Source of the DNA: Flavobacteriales bacterium
GTDB taxonomy: Bacteria > Bacteroidota > Bacteroidia > NS11-12g > UBA9320
Reading direction: 5' to 3'
Assembly (NCBI GenBank): GCA_020635455.1
Contig: JACJZT010000005.1
Location: 137,358 to 201,357 of the forward strand
Length of the DNA: 64,000 nucleotides
The stretch's first letter is position 1. Each line of letters starts with the position of its first letter. The translations under genes and the position numbers were made by a program. The notes under the pieces were generated by a model. That model saw only the letters and a program-made list of their open reading frames with translations. It ran no database searches and was not told the DNA's origin. Below are positions 57,200 to 64,000 of this stretch, one piece after another.

Positions 57200-57220
57200 A
57201 AAGACTTGTAGAGTTATATC

Positions 57221-59503
57221 ATGATTCTTAATCTAAATTTGAAAAATCAGTTTTTATTCATTGGACTGTTTTTAATCAACTTTAGTACATTATCACAAAG
57301 CCTTAATTGGGCAAAAAGAATTGGTGGTACTCAATCGGATATTGGAAACGTTATAGCCGTTGATATTTATGGCAATGTATATACGGCCGGAATATTTTCC
57401 GGAGTTGTAGATATGGACCCTGACACCGGGATTCAATTTCATAGTTCGAAAAGCTTTGGAGCATATTCCGATGTTTTCATTACAAAAATGAATGCCCAAG
57501 GGAAGTTATTATGGGCTAAGAGCTTTGGTGGCTCTTATAATGATATACCTTCAGATATTGCTGTTGATACAAAAGGCAATGTTTTTGTTACGGGGACCTT
57601 TATTGCTACTGTTGATTTTGATCCGGGGGCTGGAGTTTTTAACCTGGTTTCAAAGTCTGCTCCAACAAGTCAATTGACAGATATATTTATTTTGAAATTG
57701 AATTCTATTGGTGAATTTGTCTGGGCTAAGCAAATAGGCGGTTTAGAAAGTGATGAATCAAGTTCCATTTCTATTGATGCTTTGGGAAATGTAATCATTG
57801 CAGGCAATTATCAAGATTCCGTGGATTTCGACCCTGGGCCTGGTCAATACTTCCTTAGGGCAAATGCATTTAATAATGGTATGTTTGTTTCAAAGTTTGA
57901 TTCATCAGGAAACTTCAAGTGGGCGAAAAGTTTATCATCAAAAGGTATTAGAAGTGCAGGTTGGCTTGAGTCTATGACTTTAGACCAACAAGGGAATATT
58001 TATGTTGCTGGAAGCTTTTATGCTTCAACTGATTTTGATCCAAGTTCAAAAGTCTTTATTCTAACCTCTGCAGGTAACGGTGATGTATACATTTTAAAAT
58101 TAAGCCCCGCCGGAGATTTTATTTGGGTTAAAGGTTTTGGTGGAATCAACGATTATTATTCGGATGATTGGCCAATAGATATTAAAATCGATAATCAAGG
58201 CAATTTAATTATAGTCGGTTATTTTAGTGGAACTGTGGATTTTGACCCGGGAGCAGGAGTATATGAGCTTAAATCTACCTATGAAGGAAGAGGCCCAGAA
58301 GATATTTTTATTTTAAAATTAGATAGTTTTGGTGATTTTCTATGGGCTAAAAGTTTGCCAGTTAATAGTTTTTATCTAATTAGTAAAATTAGTATTGACC
58401 CATGGCAGTCAATTTATCTTACAGGCTATTTTGAAAATTCAATAGACTTAGATCCAGGTCCGAATGTGTTTAATTTAACGTCAAAAGGTAATGCTGATAT
58501 TTATATTTCAAAGCTTGATGCAACGGGTTCTTTTGTTTGGGGTATTGGTATTGGAGATATTAAAGAAGATAGAGGCATATCCATAATTGCAAATGATTCA
58601 GGACATGTTTATTGCACTGGATATTTTAGTGAAAAGCCAAACTTTGATCCAACTTCCGGAGTCTTTAATTTGACGTCAAGTGGAGGAATTGATGTTTTCA
58701 TAATTAAATTATGTTCTCCTATAACTCTGAAGAATTCAATTGTTGGTGTAGATTCAGTATGTGAAGGGTCATTAGTTAGCTACGAAATTAATTCTAAGAA
58801 TGATGCTATTGATTATATCTGGAATTTTCCAACAGGAACAATCATTAATTCCGGGCATAATTCATCAAAGATAAACGTGACTTTTGGCTCAGAATCAGGA
58901 TTTATTAAAGTAAGCGCTGATAATGGTTGTGGAAATAAGAGCTATGATTCAGTATCGGTTTCAGCTCTCTCTCAACCTTCAATAACAATTCAACCATCAA
59001 ACAAAGAAGTATTTACCGACTCGAATGCAGTGTTTATTGTGGCCACGTCATGCGCAGGTTGTACTTATCAGTGGCAAGAAAACTCCGGAACAGGATTTAT
59101 AAATCTGAAAAATTCCATAAAATTCAACGGTGTTATGAATGATACTTTAACAATAAACCTTGCTTCATTAACTCAGAATAATAATCAATATCGTTGTGTA
59201 ATAAAAAATGGCTTTTGCACTGATACCAGCATTATTTCTACTCTAAAGGTTTTAGAATTAGATAGTAGAGAAAGAATAGAGGTACTACCTAATCCTGCCA
59301 GCACACAACTAACTATAATAATTTCAGATTTGAACAGTTTTACAGAATACAGTGTTGTGGATGCTATGGGAAGAGTGGTTTTATCCGGTGAAATAAAAGA
59401 CAAATTAACATCTTTAAATATTAGTAATTTTTCTCAGGGTATATATTTTATAAATTTGGAAGGGATGAGAAACAAAACTTTTAAATTCATCAAAAAAGAA
59501 TAA
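57221..59503 (+). CDS. SBBP beta-propeller-repeat protein with Ig-like domains and T9SS type A sorting domain
   Basis: About 9 repeats of D.G..I.VD..GN.Y..G.F.G.VDFDPG.G...L.S.G..D.FI.KL...G...WAK. C-terminus VLPNPASTQLTIII...GIYFINL. Confidence 0.8.
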   Translation: MILNLNLKNQFLFIGLFLINFSTLSQSLNWAKRIGGTQSDIGNVIAVDIYGNVYTAGIFSGVVDMDPDTGIQFHSSKSFGAYSDVFITKMNAQGKLLWAKSFGGSYNDIPSDIAVDTKGNVFVTGTFIATVDFDPGAGVFNLVSKSAPTSQLTDIFILKLNSIGEFVWAKQIGGLESDESSSISIDALGNVIIAGNYQDSVDFDPGPGQYFLRANAFNNGMFVSKFDSSGNFKWAKSLSSKGIRSAGWLESMTLDQQGNIYVAGSFYASTDFDPSSKVFILTSAGNGDVYILKLSPAGDFIWVKGFGGINDYYSDDWPIDIKIDNQGNLIIVGYFSGTVDFDPGAGVYELKSTYEGRGPEDIFILKLDSFGDFLWAKSLPVNSFYLISKISIDPWQSIYLTGYFENSIDLDPGPNVFNLTSKGNADIYISKLDATGSFVWGIGIGDIKEDRGISIIANDSGHVYCTGYFSEKPNFDPTSGVFNLTSSGGIDVFIIKLCSPITLKNSIVGVDSVCEGSLVSYEINSKNDAIDYIWNFPTGTIINSGHNSSKINVTFGSESGFIKVSADNGCGNKSYDSVSVSALSQPSITIQPSNKEVFTDSNAVFIVATSCAGCTYQWQENSGTGFINLKNSIKFNGVMNDTLTINLASLTQNNNQYRCVIKNGFCTDTSIISTLKVLELDSRERIEVLPNPASTQLTIIISDLNSFTEYSVVDAMGRVVLSGEIKDKLTSLNISNFSQGIYFINLEGMRNKTFKFIKKE

Positions 59504-59661
59504 AGCAACCGGCTATATCAGCAGTATGGTGCCATGCGGATTTTCAGGTTAGGAAAGCTCATTCTCCAATCGTACTTTTGACTTCAAATTAATGTCTCCG
59601 ATAAAAGTACTTCAAAAGTCTGTAATCCGGGTCCTTTGAGCATCTAATTTTTTTGAACTAA

Positions 59662-61032
59662 ATGTCGAAACCTAAAACCACCTTCTTTTGTCAGAACTGC
59701 GGAGCCTCCTCACCTAAATGGGTTGGCAAATGCAATTCGTGCGGATTGTGGAACACATACGTTGAAGAGGTGGTGGTTAAAGAAAAATCAAGCGGTGGAT
59801 GGGATTCGGGAAGTAGCGGAAAATCCGGACCGGGAAAATATAAACCCAAAACCTTTAACGACATCCATTCGGCAGGAGAACAACGACTTAGCACCTTTGA
59901 TAAAGAACTTGACCGTGTACTCGGTGGTGGAATGGTAAACGGATCTCTCATGTTATTGGGAGGTGAACCCGGCATTGGCAAAAGTACCCTGCTTCTTCAA
60001 CTGGCGGTTAAAAGTAGCTATAAGGTTCTGTACCTCTCGGGAGAGGAAAGCGAAACCCAGATCAAAATGAGAGCCGAACGGATAGGGATTAATAATGAGG
60101 ATTGCTTTATACTTTCAAGCACCAACATACAAGCTGTTTTTCAAATTCTTAAAGAACTACAACCCGAAGTGGTGATCATCGATTCCATCCAAACCCTTCA
60201 CACCAATACCATCGACTCGGCGCCCGGAAGCATCTCCCAGATCAGGGAATGTGCTTCCGAATTTCTCCGATATTCGAAAGAAAGCAATACCCCGGTTTTT
60301 CTGATCGGCCACATAACCAAGGATGGAATGATCGCCGGCCCCAAGGTCCTTGAACACATGGTCGATACCGTGCTTCAATTTGAAGGCGACCGGCATCATA
60401 CCTACCGAATTTTAAGGGCAACCAAAAACCGCTTTGGTTCCGCTTCCGAGATCGGGATCTATGAAATGATCTCTACCGGACTTCGTGAAGTGAGCAATCC
60501 CAGTGAGATCCTCATTACCCAAAGGGAACAACCCCTTTCCGGAATTTCGATCACCGCGGCACTTGAAGGAATGAGGCCCTTACTCGTAGAAACTCAGGCC
60601 CTGGTGAGCAGTGCCGTTTATGGAACACCCCAGAGAAATGCCAATGGTTTTGACCTGAAGCGATTGAATATGCTGCTGGCGGTTCTCGAAAAACGATGTG
60701 GCTTTTTTCTGGGAACCCAGGATGTATTTGTGAACATTGCCGGTGGTTTGAAACTGGAAGATCCCGGATTAGATCTTGGAATTGCCATCGCCATTCTTTC
60801 TTCCTTTCACAATCAGATCGTAAACCCCAGCCTTACCTTTGCCGGTGAGATCGGGCTAAGTGGAGAGATCCGCTCCGTTTCGAAGATCGAGCAAAGAATA
60901 TCCGAATCCGAAAAACTTGGCTTCAAATCCATTATCATTTCCAAATTCAATCAAAAAGGTCTTCCAAAAAGTAAGATCGAGATCATCCCTGTGGCCAAGG
61001 TAGAAGAATGTCTTGATTTTATATGGATATAG
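59662..61032 (+). CDS. radA: DNA repair protein RadA/Sms
   Basis: Zinc finger CQNCG..KWVGKCNSCGLWNT, Walker A GGEPGIGKST, KNRFG motif, and a Lon-like C-domain. Confidence 0.95.
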   Translation: MSKPKTTFFCQNCGASSPKWVGKCNSCGLWNTYVEEVVVKEKSSGGWDSGSSGKSGPGKYKPKTFNDIHSAGEQRLSTFDKELDRVLGGGMVNGSLMLLGGEPGIGKSTLLLQLAVKSSYKVLYLSGEESETQIKMRAERIGINNEDCFILSSTNIQAVFQILKELQPEVVIIDSIQTLHTNTIDSAPGSISQIRECASEFLRYSKESNTPVFLIGHITKDGMIAGPKVLEHMVDTVLQFEGDRHHTYRILRATKNRFGSASEIGIYEMISTGLREVSNPSEILITQREQPLSGISITAALEGMRPLLVETQALVSSAVYGTPQRNANGFDLKRLNMLLAVLEKRCGFFLGTQDVFVNIAGGLKLEDPGLDLGIAIAILSSFHNQIVNPSLTFAGEIGLSGEIRSVSKIEQRISESEKLGFKSIIISKFNQKGLPKSKIEIIPVAKVEECLDFIWI

Positions 61033-61043
61033 ACGGTTTTGGC

Positions 61044-64000
61044 CTATTCACCGCGACGAATCAGGGTTATGGTACCTGAAAACAGCGGTTCCATGTTTTT
61101 TGCTGCACCCTTGTATTCACAAATATAAAAGTAAACCCCTTCCGGGCATTCCTTGCCCGTGTTTTCTACCCTACCGTTCCAGCATGCCATGAAATCCCCG
61201 GTTTCAAACATCTTTTGACCCCATCGGTTGTATATGGTTATTTTTATTTCGGAGCAATGATTCAGAATGCCTCCAAAGCGGAAACAATCGTTCAGTCCGT
61301 CAATTCCGGGAGTAAACACATTAACCGGCACAATCTCATCCTCCGGAGTTCCTTTGATGGTAACCGGCACAAAGGCTGTATCCGGGCACAGGCTTGCACT
61401 ATCCGTGATCAGCATAAGTCCATAGGTGCCCTTTTCCTTATAGTCGTGATATTCAGGCTGGGGTCTTGAGTCTTTGGTATTGTCTCCAAAATCCCAACTG
61501 CTGGTTTGATAATTTTTGCTCGTATTGGTGATCCGAAGTTTACTGCTGCATTCGTTGAGTTCAAACTCAAAGGAGGCTTTACTTTGTTGTATCACTTCAA
61601 TGTTCCGGAAAAAGGTATCCTGAACGTTGCAGGTGGTTGAATCGCTTACGACCAGCTGTACTTTGTAAGTTCCGGGCTGATCAAAGGTCACCAAAGGGTT
61701 TTTCAATACGGAAGTTTGACCGTTTCCAAAATCCCAGGAATACATTGCAGGATCTGAACTGTTGTTTCTGAACGCAACCATCCCCGGAGCACAAAATGCG
61801 GAATCGGGGTCAAAGTATGCCTGTACAAAAGTATGCGAGCGGATAAAAACCGTATCGTAGGCAGTGTCGGAACAAGCCATATTCTTGTCGGTAATCAAAC
61901 GAATGATGTAAACCCCCGGAACCGGGTATTCATATTCTCCTAATTCAGGATCGTTGCTTTGGGTTCCGTTGCCCAGATCCCAGTCTGCATGGGTATATTT
62001 CTTGCTGTTATTGCTAAAGGTGATCTTAGCGGTACAGGCAACATTTTCAACCTTAAAATCGGCAGTTGGTTTTTGCAATACCTCAAGGGTGTTGATGAAA
62101 GTATCGGAAATGTTGCACGTATTTGAATCGATGGCAACCAGTTGAACCTTATACGTTCCGGGTGTGGGAAAATTGTGAAGGGGATGGGTAATATAGGAAG
62201 TATCTGTATCGCCGAAATCCCAGAAATAGGTACCGTTTCCGGTGCTCAGATTGGTAAACTGAATTTCAGCAGGACCGCAAACGGCTTGGTCCGGAATGAA
62301 TTCCGCCTTAACTTTATTGCTTATTTGAAAATCTATCTTAAAGGCCGCATTGCTGCATCTCCAGCTCACATTTTTTGGAAAAACGGATGAGTCGGTGGTT
62401 GGGAAATCACTGATGGTAGCTCCCTGATCGTCGGGGCAACTTGAGCAAACCGATTGATAGATCACTCCGCGCTTATCAAACCGACTGGTACCTCCATCCA
62501 CATGATCTTCGGTTTTGTTGCCTCCAAAATACGTGGCAAACAATAGCCTGGAAAGGTTTTTACCAAAAACCGCCAGGTAGAAATCGTTATTGTCGGTGGT
62601 TTTCTGCAAGGCATTTGCCGTAATGGGCAGGTTTGCCGTGGTGCCATTTCTCAAAATAGCTGAACCCCAGCCGGAAAGGTAAATGTTGCCGCAGGAATCT
62701 ACCAGAAAAGCAGAAGGAGAGATCTCAGGGTTACCTACCCTTGCTCCGAATACGGTTTGTTTTTTGATCTGTGAGAGGTTTGCATCTGCAATAAGGATAA
62801 ACTGTCCGGTGCCTGCTTTATTGCTGTATACCCCGGTTGAAGCTTTTAGGTTACCCTTTGTTTGTCCGGTTGCGTAAACGTTGCCCTGCTTATCAATTTC
62901 CAGAAAATAGATCTGATCGTAAGACGAGGTTCCGTAATAGGTTGCCTTTTGCAAGGCAAAGGTGGTTTTGTCGAAATACGCCATAAAACCGTCCACATCT
63001 CCATTGGCTTTTTTGTTTATTGCATTTGCATGCGTTTTCAGATTATTGCTAAAGGTACCACCGGCGATGTAGATATTTTCATTTTTATCGAACTCAAGGC
63101 TGTAGATCCCGTCGGATCCATCACCCCCGAAATAGGTAGACCAGAGCAACTGGTCCAGCCCGGGTGTAAACTTAAGGCATAAGCCGTCGGCAGGGCCTTC
63201 GAGACCGGATTTACTTTCATTCTTTAATGGGATGTTGCTTGAATGAGTGCTCGTTACAACGTAAATGTTATTGGCCTTATCGGTTAACACTTCTCCGCGG
63301 AAATCATCGGCATAGTTGAATTTTATGGCTCTATCGGTGAGCCCGTCGTTCTTGTTTCCGCCGAAGTAGGTACCTCCGGTCATTTTGTTACCATTTATGG
63401 ATAGTTTGAAAACAATAAGATCCGTTGTGGGATTAGAACTGGAAAAGCTATTATGTGTGGTATCAAAGCCATTGCTTTTAACCGGAAAATCGTTTGAATA
63501 GGTTGTACCGAATACCACCAGCTCTGTATCACCGTTTACGACCATGCTGTGAGGGTATTCATCATCCGAACCTCCAACATAGGTTGCATAAATTAATTTC
63601 CGACCACTGGAATCGTATTTGCTGATGGAAATGTCACAGGGCAGGTTTACCGGATCGTAACCCTTGCCCCCTTTGCAAACGGTTTGGAAAGCCCCTTTGG
63701 TAACCGGATATTCACCATGGGTATTGTCGGTTATTCCTCCTGCATACAAATTTCCTCTAACGTCATAGGTGGCGGTATAGCCAAAATTATCCCCTCGAGA
63801 ACCCGAATAGGTTGAAAAGATCAGGATAGGGTCAATGATGAGCATTAGGTCTACTTTATAACCTTCCGGAAATTGATACTGTATAGTTTCTCCCTTCAGG
63901 ACGTATTTGCAGGAAACCCAATCAGGTTCACTTGATTCAGAATATTCACTCTCCTGCCAGCATTTCAGGTCTTTGTCAAACAGGTTACCCATTTGGGTCT
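61044..64000 (-). CDS. SBBP/PKD-domain surface protein with T9SS type B (gliding-motility-associated) C-terminal domain; 5' end off the window
   Basis: Four PKD-like units (F.N.S...Y.WDFGDG). C-terminus NVFTPG.DGLND.F....ITIYNRWGQ..FE......WNG.....G...P.GVYFY. The frame is still open at position 64000 and there is no signal peptide after the Met at 63992. Confidence 0.8.
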   Translation of the reverse strand, partial: TQMGNLFDKDLKCWQESEYSESSEPDWVSCKYVLKGETIQYQFPEGYKVDLMLIIDPILIFSTYSGSRGDNFGYTATYDVRGNLYAGGITDNTHGEYPVTKGAFQTVCKGGKGYDPVNLPCDISISKYDSSGRKLIYATYVGGSDDEYPHSMVVNGDTELVVFGTTYSNDFPVKSNGFDTTHNSFSSSNPTTDLIVFKLSINGNKMTGGTYFGGNKNDGLTDRAIKFNYADDFRGEVLTDKANNIYVVTSTHSSNIPLKNESKSGLEGPADGLCLKFTPGLDQLLWSTYFGGDGSDGIYSLEFDKNENIYIAGGTFSNNLKTHANAINKKANGDVDGFMAYFDKTTFALQKATYYGTSSYDQIYFLEIDKQGNVYATGQTKGNLKASTGVYSNKAGTGQFILIADANLSQIKKQTVFGARVGNPEISPSAFLVDSCGNIYLSGWGSAILRNGTTANLPITANALQKTTDNNDFYLAVFGKNLSRLLFATYFGGNKTEDHVDGGTSRFDKRGVIYQSVCSSCPDDQGATISDFPTTDSSVFPKNVSWRCSNAAFKIDFQISNKVKAEFIPDQAVCGPAEIQFTNLSTGNGTYFWDFGDTDTSYITHPLHNFPTPGTYKVQLVAIDSNTCNISDTFINTLEVLQKPTADFKVENVACTAKITFSNNSKKYTHADWDLGNGTQSNDPELGEYEYPVPGVYIIRLITDKNMACSDTAYDTVFIRSHTFVQAYFDPDSAFCAPGMVAFRNNSSDPAMYSWDFGNGQTSVLKNPLVTFDQPGTYKVQLVVSDSTTCNVQDTFFRNIEVIQQSKASFEFELNECSSKLRITNTSKNYQTSSWDFGDNTKDSRPQPEYHDYKEKGTYGLMLITDSASLCPDTAFVPVTIKGTPEDEIVPVNVFTPGIDGLNDCFRFGGILNHCSEIKITIYNRWGQKMFETGDFMACWNGRVENTGKECPEGVYFYICEYKGAAKNMEPLFSGTITLIRRGE

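Noticed and set aside
59570-59625. ACTTTTGA...TCAAAAGT inverted repeat and ACTTCAAA direct repeat upstream of radA
   Set aside because: It is an 8-bp AT-rich stem with a loop of about 30 nt and no U-tract. I could not link it to any known operator or RNA motif.
1-64000. Search for CRISPR arrays, tRNA/rRNA/tmRNA genes, IS elements, integrases, and toxin-antitoxin or defence-system genes
   Set aside because: Every intergenic gap longer than 150 nt was read on both strands. I saw no cloverleaf-like or GC-rich structured segments, no spaced direct repeats, and no transposase, integrase or nuclease-like ORFs.

Overview
This 64 kb window looks like a chromosomal segment of a Bacteroidota genome. 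The evidence is many T9SS C-terminal sorting domains, TAnnTTTG-type -7 promoter boxes, almost no Shine-Dalgarno sequences, and frequent TTG starts. I support about 55 protein-coding genes. I found no rRNA, tRNA, CRISPR array, transposase or integrase.

Most of the window is housekeeping: uvrB, a hemD-like gene, osmC, lipA, pheT, zapA, rny, adk, obg, lptC, coaX, birA, rsfS, an lpxL-family gene, rlmN, infB, nusA, rimP, rlmB and radA.

The main accessory content is as follows:
1. A complete Sec-type (clade II) nitrous-oxide reductase cluster on the minus strand at 19.9-26.8 kb, in the order Rrf2 regulator, cytochrome c, nosZ, nosB-like gene, nosL, nosD, nosF, nosY.
2. That cluster sits between a plus-strand thioredoxin-like/ApbE/DUF4266-like trio and a DUF3570-like outer-membrane gene. 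From memory these four normally form one uncharacterised envelope cluster.
3. An ECF sigma / anti-sigma-like / secreted protein / M28 peptidase module.
4. A roughly 1,920-aa surface protein with 14 GloVer-type repeats and five 146-aa Cys modules. Its sixth module and T9SS sorting domain lie in a separate downstream ORF, past a decayed junction.
5. Several other T9SS cargo genes.

Smaller observations are a hairpin plus U-tract in the rimP-nusA-infB leader, an rlmN reading frame whose conserved N-terminus has no canonical start codon, -7 boxes placed for leaderless or near-leaderless mRNAs, and an unlisted 37-aa lipoprotein ORF.

All family assignments come from motif recognition by eye. No searches were run.
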